DNA of 64,000 nt from Kordiimonas sp. (GCF_048260245.1 NZ_JBLXGZ010000011.1:960-64959), one strand, 5' to 3'. Positions 1-9,608 are shown, numbered from the stretch's first letter. The notes: generated by a model from the letters alone, not told the origin. Made by a program: numbers and translations.

Positions 1-287
1 GCGACAGCGCCCCGAAGTGGATAGTTGACCGAGGCGGCGAGCATGGCGGGGGCGGTGGCCTCCGAGGCGCTGGCTTCAAAATGCACATCAAGCGATTCGA
101 GCAGTTCATTGGCGTCGGCGAAGACATCCATCAGATGGCTGATTGGCGAGCCTTGATACCCGCCAACATAAGCCACGCCCGATTGCAGAAGCGCCTTTGT
201 TACAGCCAGAATGCCTTCTCCGCGAAAGACTTCGCCTGCCTGTGCTTCCAGCTTTAGAACTTCGGACTTGAAAGAGCGCTCTGCCAT
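1..287 (-). CDS. N-terminal part of a thiamine-diphosphate-dependent 2-oxoacid:ferredoxin oxidoreductase of the indolepyruvate ferredoxin oxidoreductase (IorA-like) family; continues past the left window edge
   Basis: Own translation of the minus strand from ATG 287-285: MAERSFKSEVLKLEAQAGEVFRGEGILAVTKALLQSGVAYVGGYQGSPISHLMDVFADANELL...SVNYPLRGAV. The frame is open to base 1; it is absent from the ORF track because no stop lies in the window. It starts 4 nt after the cyclase stop, so it is probably co-transcribed. Confidence 0.55.
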   Translation of the reverse strand, partial: MAERSFKSEVLKLEAQAGEVFRGEGILAVTKALLQSGVAYVGGYQGSPISHLMDVFADANELLESLDVHFEASASEATAPAMLAASVNYPLRGAV

Positions 288-291
288 CGTT

Positions 292-1074
292 TTATCCTGC
301 CACCAGAGCCAGCACGCGCAGCGGACTGCCTGAGCCTTCGCTGATTTTAAGCGGAGCGGCAACAATCACGGCACCGGTTGGGGGCAGTTGATCGAGGTTC
401 TCCAGACACTGAAGCCCGTATTTGCCGGCGCCGTGCAAAAGAGTGTGTGCTGGATACTGCGGTTCAAGCAGGTGCGCTTGCCCGGCATCCGTGCCGATCG
501 TCTCCACACCAAAGCCGATGATGTCGCGCTTTTCGATCAGGAAGCGCACGGCTTCTGTTGACGGTCCAGGCGTATGTGCGCCGTCCTCATACCTGTTGGT
601 ATAGGCATCCACATCGCGTTTTGACCAATCCGTCCGGAATAAAACCCAGGTGCCGGCAGGAATTTCACCGTGTGCGGCTTCCCAGGCCTCAATATGAGAA
701 ACTTCCAGAAGGAAATCAGGATCTGCCGCTGCTTCGACCGAACAGTCAATCACAACAGCCGCGCCAATAAAGTCTGCAGGGGGCAGGAGGTCAACGGTAT
801 TGTCCTCAAGGTCCTTGCCAGATATCCAGTGTGCCGGTGCGTCGAAGTGTGTACCGGTGTGTTCGCAAACCGTGAAGTTGCTCCAGTACCAGGCAACGCC
901 GCGTTCGTCATAACGAGAAATCACCTCGCGGGAGAATTTCGCGCATTGCCCAAACTGTGGTGGCAGCTCGAGGACCGGTGTTTCCTCGGACAACATCTGG
1001 GTCAGATCGATGACACGAATAGCACCTGATGCGATATCCGTTGCGAATTGCGCTAAGGTTTGTTTGCTGGACAT
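292..1074 (-). CDS. cyclase family protein (kynurenine-formamidase-like metal hydrolase fold)
   Basis: 260-aa ORF. The HxGTHxDxPxH signature of the putative cyclase family is present as CEHTGTHFDAPAHW. Confidence 0.85.
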   Translation of the reverse strand: MSSKQTLAQFATDIASGAIRVIDLTQMLSEETPVLELPPQFGQCAKFSREVISRYDERGVAWYWSNFTVCEHTGTHFDAPAHWISGKDLEDNTVDLLPPADFIGAAVVIDCSVEAAADPDFLLEVSHIEAWEAAHGEIPAGTWVLFRTDWSKRDVDAYTNRYEDGAHTPGPSTEAVRFLIEKRDIIGFGVETIGTDAGQAHLLEPQYPAHTLLHGAGKYGLQCLENLDQLPPTGAVIVAAPLKISEGSGSPLRVLALVAG

Positions 1075-1118
1075 AGCCCCTCCTTTGGCTCATTGATGAC
1101 AAAAGAGTGTCGAATAAA

Positions 1119-1134
1119 ACTTGCATATGCAAGT
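1119..1134. promoter_or_regulatory. perfect 16-bp palindrome ACTTGCATATGCAAGT, candidate MarR operator
   Basis: The sequence equals its own reverse complement. It is centred in the 86-bp gap between the divergent cyclase (start 1074) and MarR (start 1161) genes. Confidence 0.6.
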
Positions 1135-1160
1135 AATATTTTCAGTGGAGACCAAGCTGT

Positions 1161-1625
1161 ATGGTGAAGGACCGACGCCCTTATGGGGATCCGGGAAGCG
1201 ATTTATTTCAGGTCGAGGCTTACCCTTTTTACCTGCTCAATCGGGCTGTAAGCCGGTACAATGTTGTCATTGAAGCCGAACTGCGTAGCATTGATATCGA
1301 TATACCTTCTTGGCGCGTATTGATGATCCTGGGTGAACAGTCACCGCTGGCAGTTGGGCAGGTGGCCCGTTCCGCTGTGATTAATCTGTCGACAATGATG
1401 CGCGTGATTGAACGCATGGAAAAGGCTGGCTTGGTCAGCACGCAACCTGCCGAAGAGGACCGAAGGGTTACGGCGATTTCATTGACCGAGGCCGGGCGTG
1501 CCAAGTTGGTGGCGGCGCGTGAAGCAACGGCGCCGATCTACCGGAAGCTTATCAGGGGTTTTTCCGCCGGGGACTTTTCTCGCCTGTTGACGTTGCTCAA
1601 TCGGCTTCACGACAATCTGGCCTGA
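1161..1625 (+). CDS. MarR family transcriptional regulator
   Basis: 154 aa. The winged-helix stretch SPLAVGQVARSAVINLSTMMRVIERMEKAGLVSTQPAEEDRRV and the overall length are typical of MarR. GGAG lies upstream of the ATG. Confidence 0.85.
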   Translation: MVKDRRPYGDPGSDLFQVEAYPFYLLNRAVSRYNVVIEAELRSIDIDIPSWRVLMILGEQSPLAVGQVARSAVINLSTMMRVIERMEKAGLVSTQPAEEDRRVTAISLTEAGRAKLVAAREATAPIYRKLIRGFSAGDFSRLLTLLNRLHDNLA

Positions 1626-1773
1626 TCAGCTTGCCAACGCTAAAATGTTTAAACCGGCGCATAATGAAATTGTCTGAAAAGCAACGGTTATGTCTATTTC
1701 TAGTCATTGAAGGCACATATTCCCCAGAGGTAGGCTCAGACATCGTCATGGTTTCCAGCAAGGAGAATTGCGC

Positions 1774-2271
1774 GTGATAGCCAAGGTTTTGAAAAAAATT
1801 GCATTCGCTGTCGTACTCTGGAGCGGTGCGCTTGCGCTACTCGCGCCGGTACAGGCTGACGCCATGCAAACCCCGACTGAACTCACGCAAATGTTTAGCT
1901 GGTGGAACAAGGCTTTCAAGACGGAGGGTGGTTTCACTCGTGAAGGTTTCGCGCGCCATTTCACCGAAGACGGCGCGATTATGATTGATGGGCACATGCG
2001 TGTGCAGGGACTAGACAATCTCGTTGCACATTTTCAGGGCATCCAGAGCCGTACCGACAGTGTTGAAATTGTACTGCCTTTCAAAGAAGAATTCCGGTCT
2101 GGTGACAAAATATTCACCTACCACTTGATCAAATCTGTCGCAGGGGAACAGCAAAACCTCACGCACGCGATGGGATATGCCGAGGTGAGAGACGGTAAAA
2201 TCTCGCTGATTCATCTGGTCCGCAGTGCTGAGTCTGACCGCAATGCCGTCAATGCAATATTTGATAACTGA
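1774..2271 (+). CDS. secreted NTF2/SnoaL-fold protein of unknown function
   Basis: The ORF track starts at TTG 1768. I prefer GTG 1774, which lies 8 nt after AAGGAG (1760-1765). The N-terminus MIAKVLKKIAFAVVLWSGALALLAPVQADA looks like a Sec signal. The mature part is about 135 aa and is a clear paralogue of 15694-16173 (shared MF-WWN-AFK-EG-FT, IIDG, RIFTYH, VRDGKIS blocks). Confidence 0.65.
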   Translation: MIAKVLKKIAFAVVLWSGALALLAPVQADAMQTPTELTQMFSWWNKAFKTEGGFTREGFARHFTEDGAIMIDGHMRVQGLDNLVAHFQGIQSRTDSVEIVLPFKEEFRSGDKIFTYHLIKSVAGEQQNLTHAMGYAEVRDGKISLIHLVRSAESDRNAVNAIFDN

Positions 2272-2329
2272 GAACGGCGCCATTAAAGGCCTGATTCTTA
2301 AAAAGATATAACCCAAGAAAGGAAAGCAA

Positions 2330-3631
2330 ATGCGTGGCATTAACTTGCGCCATGGCCTCATGTCGGCCCTGATTGCGACTATGTCGACAACGGCTTTTTC
2401 CGCAGCTTCCCATGCCGCTGAACTGATAGCGCTGGTCGGCGGAAATGTTATTGATGTCGAAAGCGGCAAAACTATCAAAAATGCGACAGTGCTGATCGAA
2501 GATGAGCGTATCAGCCAAATTGGTGCGCGCAATGACGTCAGCATCCCCGATGGCGCTGAAGTGGTTGAGATGACCGGTAAGTATTTGGCGCCGGGTCTGA
2601 TCAACATGCACACACATTTCACACTGGTTCTCCCGGGCACGCAGGCAATGGCTTTGCAGCACGAAACCGAGGCGGAGATGGCTTACCGCGCTGCGGAAAA
2701 CGCACGTAAATCGCTGCTTGCCGGCACAACAACGGTACGCACACCCGGTGAAGACAAGCATGTCTCCCTCGCGCTGAACAAAGCCATCAAGATGGGCTAT
2801 GAGATTGGCCCGCGGATCTTCAGTGCCGGTATCCCGGTAACGCCAACGGGTGGGCACAGTGGCGATCTTGTCCTCAATGGTGTCGATGGTCCAACCGAGG
2901 TCGCCAAACATGTGCGCCGGCAAATCCTTGCAGGGGCAACCTGGATCAAATTGATGAGCACCCGTGGTTTGGCAGACCCGCACGGTGCTATCGCGTCGTC
3001 TGACCTCACCGTGGAGGAGATGACGAAAGCCGTTGAAATTGCGCACGGACACGGCGCAAAGGTCACAGCGCATTGTTCCAATAAAACAGCGGCGCTGCAG
3101 GCCCTTGAGGCAGGTGTTGACAGTTTTGAGCATGGTTACTTCTTCGATGAAGAAACATACAGAGCGATGAAGAAGGCAGATGCATGGTATATCCCCACCA
3201 TCGTGGTGAGCCAGAAAGGTGCTATGGAATTCTTTGAGAAGATCGGTTCGCCGCAGTGGTATCTGGACCGTGCCGCCCAAGTTGGCGAACAGCATTGGAA
3301 GTCATTGCAGACCGCGATCAAGATGGGCGTGAATATCGCGATGGGGAGTGACCAGTTCCCCTATGAGCCAAACGAGGGAACAGTAGCATCGATCCGCGAG
3401 ACAGAGCTTTACGTGGAAGCGGGAATGACACCTGCACAGGCACTGCGCACAGCAACACTTAACCCGGCCCGACTGTTGGGAGCGGATAAGGATGTCGGCT
3501 CGCTCAAGGCAGGCAAATACGCAGACATTCTGGTTCTCACAGAAAACCCGCTGGAAGACATTCGGGCGCTGCGCACTTTGGGCATGGTCCTGAAAGGTGG
3601 CGAAGTCGTTCGTAACGACTGGGCTCAGTAA
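2330..3631 (+). CDS. secreted amidohydrolase-superfamily metallohydrolase
   Basis: 433 aa. GGAAAG RBS; signal-like N-terminus ending TTAFSAASHAAE; HxH metal motif INMHTHF; C-terminal GSLKAGKYADILVL block typical of amidohydrolases. Confidence 0.85.
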   Translation: MRGINLRHGLMSALIATMSTTAFSAASHAAELIALVGGNVIDVESGKTIKNATVLIEDERISQIGARNDVSIPDGAEVVEMTGKYLAPGLINMHTHFTLVLPGTQAMALQHETEAEMAYRAAENARKSLLAGTTTVRTPGEDKHVSLALNKAIKMGYEIGPRIFSAGIPVTPTGGHSGDLVLNGVDGPTEVAKHVRRQILAGATWIKLMSTRGLADPHGAIASSDLTVEEMTKAVEIAHGHGAKVTAHCSNKTAALQALEAGVDSFEHGYFFDEETYRAMKKADAWYIPTIVVSQKGAMEFFEKIGSPQWYLDRAAQVGEQHWKSLQTAIKMGVNIAMGSDQFPYEPNEGTVASIRETELYVEAGMTPAQALRTATLNPARLLGADKDVGSLKAGKYADILVLTENPLEDIRALRTLGMVLKGGEVVRNDWAQ

Positions 3632-3678
3632 CCTCGCTCTTTCCAAGCCGCAATAGCCCCTCCGGCAGTTGCAGGTTT

Positions 3679-3713
3679 CCCGCAGGCTTTTTCCCAAGCC
3701 TGCGGGATTTTTT
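3679..3713 (+). terminator. Rho-independent terminator after the amidohydrolase gene
   Basis: Stem CCCGCAGGC (3679-3687) pairs with GCCTGCGGG (3698-3706). It is followed by ATTTTTTAT. Confidence 0.8.
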
Positions 3714-3732
3714 ATGTGTAAAGTCAGAGCGC

Positions 3733-3770
3733 ATAAAAAATGCCGCACCTCGGGGAAGGAGTGCGGCATT
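3733..3770 (-). terminator. Rho-independent terminator after the RidA gene
   Basis: On the minus strand, AATGCCGCAC (3770-3761) pairs with GTGCGGCATT (3748-3739) and is followed by TTTTTATGC. It lies 30 nt after the RidA stop. Confidence 0.8.
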
Positions 3771-3799
3771 CTACCACGGGAGGTGGGAGGGAAGAGTGT

Positions 3800-4207
3800 C
3801 TAGGCAGCAATCATTGCCGTGACTTCCACTTCAATCAGGAAGCCGGGCATTGCAAGGGCAGCGACGCCCAGCAAGGTATTGGCGGCAGGCATGCTGTCAC
3901 CATAAAAAGCCGCAATTGCGGGGCCAACCACATCCAGTTTATCGGGGCTGTAGTCAACCACATACGTACGCATGCGGACGACGTCGGCGGGTGTGGCTCC
4001 CGCAGCGGCAAGGACTTCCTTAAGGTTTTTAAAGACCTGATCACACTGCACAGCCAGGTCATCCTCGCCGACAAGGTTATGGTCTTTGTCCCAGGCTACT
4101 TGTCCGGCACAGTGTATTGTCTTCGCTGCGCTGGATGCAACTGCGTGAGAGAAGCCGAACTGTACGGTTTCATACATGCTGGCGGGGTTAATGATTTCTC
4201 TGTTCAT
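3800..4207 (-). CDS. RidA/YjgF/L-PSP family enamine/imine deaminase
   Basis: The track start at 4258 would overlap the upstream VOC gene. The internal ATG 4207 is preceded by AAGGAA and gives 135 aa (MNREIINPASMYETVQFGFSHAV...GFLIEVEVTAMIAA), the normal RidA length. Confidence 0.85.
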   Translation of the reverse strand: MNREIINPASMYETVQFGFSHAVASSAAKTIHCAGQVAWDKDHNLVGEDDLAVQCDQVFKNLKEVLAAAGATPADVVRMRTYVVDYSPDKLDVVGPAIAAFYGDSMPAANTLLGVAALAMPGFLIEVEVTAMIAA

Positions 4208-4223
4208 GGGAGTTCCTTTAGTT

Positions 4224-4763
4224 TCAGGCTTGTGCTTTGGTTCCGTAGGGATAAACACCGGTTTCAGCCATGAAGCCTTGTTCCGCGTATTCCATCAGTT
4301 CCATGTAATTACCGAAAGGATCCCGTAGGTACTGTGCCCGCGACCCCACTGTTGGCCCTTCATCCATGACGATAGGCCCGGCCATGGCGGTACAACCCTC
4401 TTTTTCCAGATAGGCGACGGCTTTTTCGATATTCTCGACTTTAAAGGCAAGGTGATGGCCACCGATATCGCAGTTGCGAGGGGGGGCAGACCGCTGATTT
4501 TCGCCTCTTTCATATTCAAAAAGTTCGATCATGAGATTGGATGCCAGTTTTAACATGCAGATCGAAAGTCGTGCGCCTTTGACGTCTACATGAGCTTCGG
4601 TCCAGTCGCGACCATCTTCCATTTCCGGTATTTCGTCAGCATCAAATGGCCCCATGCGATACGCGATCTCGGCACCGAACACTTTGCAGTAGAAGTCGAC
4701 AGCCTTGTCCAGATTGGCAACGGTGATGGACACATGGTCCACATGGCAATATCCAGGGATCAT
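4224..4763 (-). CDS. VOC (glyoxalase/bleomycin-resistance/extradiol dioxygenase) superfamily protein
   Basis: 179 aa with two VOC-like modules (HVSITVANLDKAVDFY and GGHHLAFKVENIEKAVAYL). GGGAGGAAAA RBS. Confidence 0.8.
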   Translation of the reverse strand: MIPGYCHVDHVSITVANLDKAVDFYCKVFGAEIAYRMGPFDADEIPEMEDGRDWTEAHVDVKGARLSICMLKLASNLMIELFEYERGENQRSAPPRNCDIGGHHLAFKVENIEKAVAYLEKEGCTAMAGPIVMDEGPTVGSRAQYLRDPFGNYMELMEYAEQGFMAETGVYPYGTKAQA

Positions 4764-4788
4764 ATTTTCCTCCCGAAACGAGTTGAAG

Positions 4789-6147
4789 TTAAAGCAGGTT
4801 GATCAGGAAAACGGCCCCGATGACGGCGGGCACCACGAAGCGGATCAGGAACAACCACACCCGGAATAAAAGTGTGTCCCCCACCTGCAGCTCATCCAGA
4901 AGGCTCACCTTTCCGAGGCCCCAGCCAGCAAGCACGGCCATACAGATACCGCCAAGCGGCATGAGGATGTTTGAGACCAGATAGTCCAGCAGGCCAAAGA
5001 TTGTTTTTTCTTCGAACAAGGGAATGAAGGACAGCGGATAGACATGAGCCCATATGTTGTTGGAGAAAACAGTCAGGAGGCCAAGCAGCCAAAGAAGTGC
5101 CGACGCTATAATGGTCAGCCGGACCCGGCTCATCGACGTCAGATCTTCAAGGCACGCGACGATGGTCTCAAGCAATGTGATGGCTGATGTCAGGGCTGCC
5201 ACGGACAGCAGCAGAAAAAACAATGGCCCAAAGATCAATCCCCCCGGCATTTGCCCAAAGGCGACGGGAAGTGTTGCGAAGATCAGGCCCGGTCCTTCTG
5301 CGGGAGACAGGCCGTGTGCGAAAACGATTGGGAAAATTGCCAGCCCGGCAAGTAGCGCCACGCCACCGTCCGCTGCGGCTACAATAACGGCAGACCGAAT
5401 GAGCGGGGTCTTTTTGTCCATATAGGAGGCGATGGTCATCAACACCCCGACACCAACACCGAGAGAGAAAAAGGCCTGACCGACAGCCATCAGTACAATG
5501 GTGGGTGTCAGCGTGGAAAAGTCTGGCGTGAATAGGAAGGACAGAGCTTTTTCCATGTTGCCATAGAGAAAGGCATATCCAAGCAGAACGCCAAGAATGA
5601 TAAAGAGCCCGGGTGTCATCCAGCCAAGCATTTTCTCAAGGCCATTTTTGACACCAAATGCCACGGTGGCAGCGGTTACCGCAATGAAGACCGCCTGATA
5701 AAACATCATCCGTGTGGGATCGGCCAGCATGTTGCTCAAATTGCTTGCCGCTGTGGCTGTGTCTGATACCTGCCCGTCCGGTGTGAGGGACGTTATGAAA
5801 TAATCCACTGTCCAGCCGGCAACAACACTGTAAAAGCTAAGCGCAATGAAAACGGCGGTAACAGCCAACCATCCGTAGGACCGCCACTTTGGCGAGACTC
5901 CTTCGGCTCTAGCCAGGACATCCATACTGCGCACGACGCCTTGGCCGCCGCGGCGGCCGATCACGAATTCGGCGATCAGGGCGGGTAGCGCCACACAGGT
6001 TAAGGCAAGCACATAGACCAGGATGAAGGCGCCGCCGCCATTTTCGCCTGCAACATAAGTGAATTTCCAGATGTTGGAGATCCCGATGGCGCTGCCGATG
6101 GCTGCTGCCAGAAAATACAGTTTCGAGGTCCATTTACGTTGTTGCAT
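4789..6147 (-). CDS. sodium-dependent transporter, neurotransmitter:sodium symporter (SNF) family
   Basis: Signature AIGSAIGISNIWKFTYVAGENGGGAF and many hydrophobic segments. I moved the start from 6279 to ATG 6147 (MQQRKWTSKLYF...) because the 44 extra residues are not family-like. Confidence 0.9.
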   Translation of the reverse strand: MQQRKWTSKLYFLAAAIGSAIGISNIWKFTYVAGENGGGAFILVYVLALTCVALPALIAEFVIGRRGGQGVVRSMDVLARAEGVSPKWRSYGWLAVTAVFIALSFYSVVAGWTVDYFITSLTPDGQVSDTATAASNLSNMLADPTRMMFYQAVFIAVTAATVAFGVKNGLEKMLGWMTPGLFIILGVLLGYAFLYGNMEKALSFLFTPDFSTLTPTIVLMAVGQAFFSLGVGVGVLMTIASYMDKKTPLIRSAVIVAAADGGVALLAGLAIFPIVFAHGLSPAEGPGLIFATLPVAFGQMPGGLIFGPLFFLLLSVAALTSAITLLETIVACLEDLTSMSRVRLTIIASALLWLLGLLTVFSNNIWAHVYPLSFIPLFEEKTIFGLLDYLVSNILMPLGGICMAVLAGWGLGKVSLLDELQVGDTLLFRVWLFLIRFVVPAVIGAVFLINLL

Positions 6148-6365
6148 CTTGTTTCCTGCAGTTTCGGGCGGGTTTGGGCACGAATGTTTCAGGTGGCGGC
6201 AGGCAACAGATATGTTGCTGATGGCACCCGATGCCTGCGTTTGAAGCCATATATCCCCCAAGGCCCGATATTCAAACACACCGGATGGTCGGGCTGGGCT
6301 TATGTTATTTCAATGACAATCAGTTGCGAAAACCATTGCATTGTGTGCAACAGTCTCGGCATGGC

Positions 6366-7271
6366 TCAGGCCAGTTCATTATTGAAATAGGATTGCAGGT
6401 ATTTCAGGCACTCCCGCGCTGCAATTGGCAACACACGTCCAAGGCGCGTCACAATTTCGGCAGAGGTGTTGGACAGGCTGTTACTTGCCAGCGGTATGGA
6501 AACCAGTTGGCCGGTTTTCAGTTCCTTCAATATTGCGATGTCGGGCAGGATAGTGGCCCCGTTTGTAGTCATTGCCATGTTTTTAAGAATGAGCAGGGAA
6601 TTGGAGGTCACTGTCGGCGAGATGACAACCTTCTCTTTCAGGGCTGCCTGATCAATGATCTCGCGTATCCGAAAATTCTTGAGCGGCAAGGCGCAGTTGC
6701 ACCCACTTAATTGCTCCAGCGTCAGGCTCTTGTTGTTGGCGAGCTTGTGGTCGGCTGCCATGACGGCCTTGAGGGGCTGGTCATAAGCTTTCTGGACAGA
6801 AATTTTCGGCGATGGCGGACAATCAAAGACCATCCCGATGTGGGCTTCGTCTTCTTCAACCATCGACAGCACCTGATTGGTGCCAGACACCCGGATGTCG
6901 AGCTGTATTTCAGGGTAGCGCGTGCTGAAGGCCTGCATGCTTTCAGACAGCAGGTCGCTGACATATCCTTCGCCCATCGATATTGTGACCGTGCCGCGCC
7001 TGAGGCCGCGAATGTCATTCAAATGAGAGGAAAGCATTTCTTTTTGGGTCAGGTCTTCCCGGTAGTAGCGCACCACCATTTCACCGGCTTCTGTTAGTTT
7101 GGCCGTGCCGCGCCCGCGTTCCAGCACTCCCACACCCAGTTCATCTTCCAGCGTGGCGATCTGGCGGCTGACTGACGATGGCGCAACATTCATCTTCTCG
7201 CTCGCGGCGCGCATCGAGCCACACTGCGCCACTTCATAAAGATAACGAAGTCGGGAAAGACTAAGATGCAT
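6366..7271 (-). CDS. LysR family transcriptional regulator
   Basis: N-terminal HTH LRYLYEVAQCGSMRAASEKMNVAPSSVSRQIATLE. I moved the start to ATG 7271, which is preceded by GGAGG. It is divergent from the DapA-like operon. Confidence 0.9.
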   Translation of the reverse strand: MHLSLSRLRYLYEVAQCGSMRAASEKMNVAPSSVSRQIATLEDELGVGVLERGRGTAKLTEAGEMVVRYYREDLTQKEMLSSHLNDIRGLRRGTVTISMGEGYVSDLLSESMQAFSTRYPEIQLDIRVSGTNQVLSMVEEDEAHIGMVFDCPPSPKISVQKAYDQPLKAVMAADHKLANNKSLTLEQLSGCNCALPLKNFRIREIIDQAALKEKVVISPTVTSNSLLILKNMAMTTNGATILPDIAILKELKTGQLVSIPLASNSLSNTSAEIVTRLGRVLPIAARECLKYLQSYFNNELA

Positions 7272-7447
7272 GGAGCGGCCTCCCTTACTTTGTAGTTTGC
7301 GCAAAAAGCAACATAATCTGTTATTCATTGTAGTTGGAGAACGTTGGTCGGACCAGTAAAAATTATTCCGTTAACGCCTCTGCCTGAGATCACTGAAATT
7401 TTCCAGATACTTAGCGGAAGTGAAAAAGAAAAACGGGGAATTCCGGT

Positions 7448-8365
7448 ATGGACAGAACTTTTATTGACTGGCGCGGTTACATTCCAGCCATTACGACGCC
7501 GTTCAATCAGAAGGGTGCGTTTGATCCTGGTATGCTAGATGCTCTATTGGCTTGGCTACACCAAGAAGGAATGCATGGTGTTGTGGTAGCCGGCACAACC
7601 GGCGAATGGTTTTCGATGACCGTGGAAGAGAAAAAATTACTCTACAAAACCACCGGTGCGGCCATGGCTGGCAAGATGACTATCATCGCGGGCTGTAACG
7701 CCTTTACCGCAGAACAAGCCATCGCATCGGCACATGTTGCTGCAGATTGTGGTTTTGATGGCATCCTGCTTACCCCGCCTCCCTACGTAAAGCCGGCTCC
7801 TCGGGAAATTTATGCCTTTTATGCTGACGTGTGCGAGCAAAGCCCGCTGCCTATCTGTGTGTATAATTGGCCGCCCGGTACCGGTGTTGACATGGATCTA
7901 GACCTGCTGGAGCTGATTTGCGCGCTTGATAAGGTTGTCGCATTGAAAAACTCGACCGGTAGTGCTGCAAAGTATCTGGAAGTTGCCCAGGCGCTGCACA
8001 CCAAAGTGCGTGTTTTCGGAGCACCGATGAACGAAGCTGGCGCCAACATGCTCGAGAGTGGCCTTTCCGACGGTCTCATGGGCAGTGGCGGCGTGTTGGG
8101 CCGAAATCAACCGGCCTTTTTTGATGAACTCTGGGCTGGAAACCGAAGCAAAGCGCTGGCTTACGGGGCGATGGACCGCCGGGTCATGGAAGATTGGTTT
8201 GATGTAAACTATATCGCTCGTTTCGGTTCGGCTCAGGCCATCATGAAAACGGCGCTCAATCTGCAAGATCTCCCCGGCGGGTTGCCCAGAAGGCCTATCC
8301 TGCCATTGCTGGACAATGAAGTTGACATTATCCGGGGGACATTGACAGACTTGGGTATACTATAA
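7448..8365 (+). CDS. dihydrodipicolinate synthase/N-acetylneuraminate lyase (DapA) family class I aldolase or deaminase
   Basis: 305 aa. VVAGTTGEWFSM (GTTGE motif), Schiff-base lysine context VVALKNSTGS, and LTPPPY. Confidence 0.85.
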   Translation: MDRTFIDWRGYIPAITTPFNQKGAFDPGMLDALLAWLHQEGMHGVVVAGTTGEWFSMTVEEKKLLYKTTGAAMAGKMTIIAGCNAFTAEQAIASAHVAADCGFDGILLTPPPYVKPAPREIYAFYADVCEQSPLPICVYNWPPGTGVDMDLDLLELICALDKVVALKNSTGSAAKYLEVAQALHTKVRVFGAPMNEAGANMLESGLSDGLMGSGGVLGRNQPAFFDELWAGNRSKALAYGAMDRRVMEDWFDVNYIARFGSAQAIMKTALNLQDLPGGLPRRPILPLLDNEVDIIRGTLTDLGIL

Positions 8366-8408
8366 GCGGAATTTGATTTCCCAAAGTAACCCGATACTGA
8401 TTTGCCCT

Positions 8409-9608
8409 ATGGAAAAATATGACGTTCTGATAATTGGTGGCGGGTTAGTGGGGTGCGCCAGTGCCTGGCACCTTGCTGATGCCGGTGCGTCTGTCCTTCT
8501 GGCGGAAAAGGGTGAAATCAATCGTCTTGCCTCCGGGCAGAATGCAGGATCGCTGCACTTTCAGCTTGAACACCGCCTGATTGAACATGGCGACGCCATG
8601 GCGGAACAGTTCGCCCAGATCATTCCCCTTAACAAACTTGCCGCCGAACTTTGGGCTAGGCTTGAGACAGACCTTGGTGAAGGCCTTGAGGTTGTGATGA
8701 AGGGCGGCATCATGGCCGCGATGACCGACGAAGAAGTTCTCCTGCTGAAGAAGAAGTTCGCCATGGAATCCCGGCACGGTATGCAGACCGAGCTGTTAAC
8801 GCGGGATGAAGCGAAAAACCTGGCGCCATATCTGACGGATAAAATTCTTGCCGCTGCCCATTTCCCGGATGAAGGACATGCGAACCCGAGGCTGGTAACG
8901 CCTGCATACGCTCGCGCGGCAAGCCGTGCCGGTGCGGATATCAAAACCAGATGCGAGGTAATCTCTATCCAGCGACAGCATGGCTGCTGGACAACCACGA
9001 TTCGGGATGAAGCAAGCGGCGAGTTGCAGGAAGTTGTGGTTGACAAAATCCTGAATGCTGCGGGCGCATGGGCCGGGCATAGTGCTCTTATGGCAAACAT
9101 TCACATGCCGGTGTTTCCCGTGCCGCTGATGATGAACGTGACCGAGCGCACGGGCCCCTGGTTACCGCATTTGTTACAGCGTGCGGGTGCCCGGTTGTCC
9201 ATGAAGCAGGTTGCCTCGGGCAATTTGCTGATAGGCGGTGGCTGGTCGTCGCGGTTTGTCTACAAGAATGGCCAGCCCGACTTAAACAGGCGCCCTGAGT
9301 TGATTGAACGCAATGTAGTCAGGAATTTGGAACTTGCTGCGGGTCTTGTCCCCGATGTGGCCCCGCTACACCTGCTAAGATGCTGGACCGGCGTGGTCGG
9401 CGTGACGTCCGATCAGTTGCCGCTTCTAGGTGAGGTCGGTGGTTTCCCGGGCTATTATATTGCAACAGGCGGGTCCGGTTTTACCCTCGGGCCGGTGTAT
9501 GCCAAATTGATTGCCGAACTCATGACTGAGGGTCGGTCAAGCTACGATATATCACTCTATAGCCCCAGCAGGTTTGGCCATATCAATGGCTTCATGACGG
9601 GAAAATAA
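8409..9608 (+). CDS. FAD-dependent oxidoreductase (DAO family; beta-subunit-like of HcnC/opine oxidase B/D-hydroxyproline dehydrogenase type)
   Basis: Dinucleotide fold YDVLIIGGGLVGCASAWHLA. I moved the start to ATG 8409; the track starts at TTG 8373. Confidence 0.85.
   Translation: MEKYDVLIIGGGLVGCASAWHLADAGASVLLAEKGEINRLASGQNAGSLHFQLEHRLIEHGDAMAEQFAQIIPLNKLAAELWARLETDLGEGLEVVMKGGIMAAMTDEEVLLLKKKFAMESRHGMQTELLTRDEAKNLAPYLTDKILAAAHFPDEGHANPRLVTPAYARAASRAGADIKTRCEVISIQRQHGCWTTTIRDEASGELQEVVVDKILNAAGAWAGHSALMANIHMPVFPVPLMMNVTERTGPWLPHLLQRAGARLSMKQVASGNLLIGGGWSSRFVYKNGQPDLNRRPELIERNVVRNLELAAGLVPDVAPLHLLRCWTGVVGVTSDQLPLLGEVGGFPGYYIATGGSGFTLGPVYAKLIAELMTEGRSSYDISLYSPSRFGHINGFMTGK

Noticed and set aside
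2249-3295. 348-aa minus-strand ORF antisense to the amidohydrolase gene. The same applies to 3302-3769 (-) and 3740-4273 (+).
   Set aside because: Coordinate arithmetic shows these ORFs are in codon register with the real gene on the other strand. They stay open only because TTA, CTA and TCA codons are rare in the sense gene. Their products are Arg/Cys/His-rich and not family-like, while the sense ORFs carry clear family motifs.
6203-6218. Possible glycine or other riboswitch in the 218-nt leader of the SNF transporter operon. It contains the hairpin GCAACA-GATA-TGTTGC.
   Set aside because: I could not find the conserved glycine-riboswitch cores (GGAGAG...CACCGAAGGGGCAA...CTCAGGCAAAAGGAC) or those of the TPP or cobalamin elements. 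A short hairpin alone is not evidence.
6148-6279. N-terminal extensions in the ORF track: SNF transporter to 6279, LysR to 7328, RidA to 4258, secreted NTF2 to 31943, malate synthase from 53479, uraH from 48482, alc to 46160, and others.
   Set aside because: The extensions overlap neighbouring genes or add non-family, Cys/Arg/Pro-rich residues. Internal ATG/GTG/TTG codons with Shine-Dalgarno-like sequences give canonical protein lengths.
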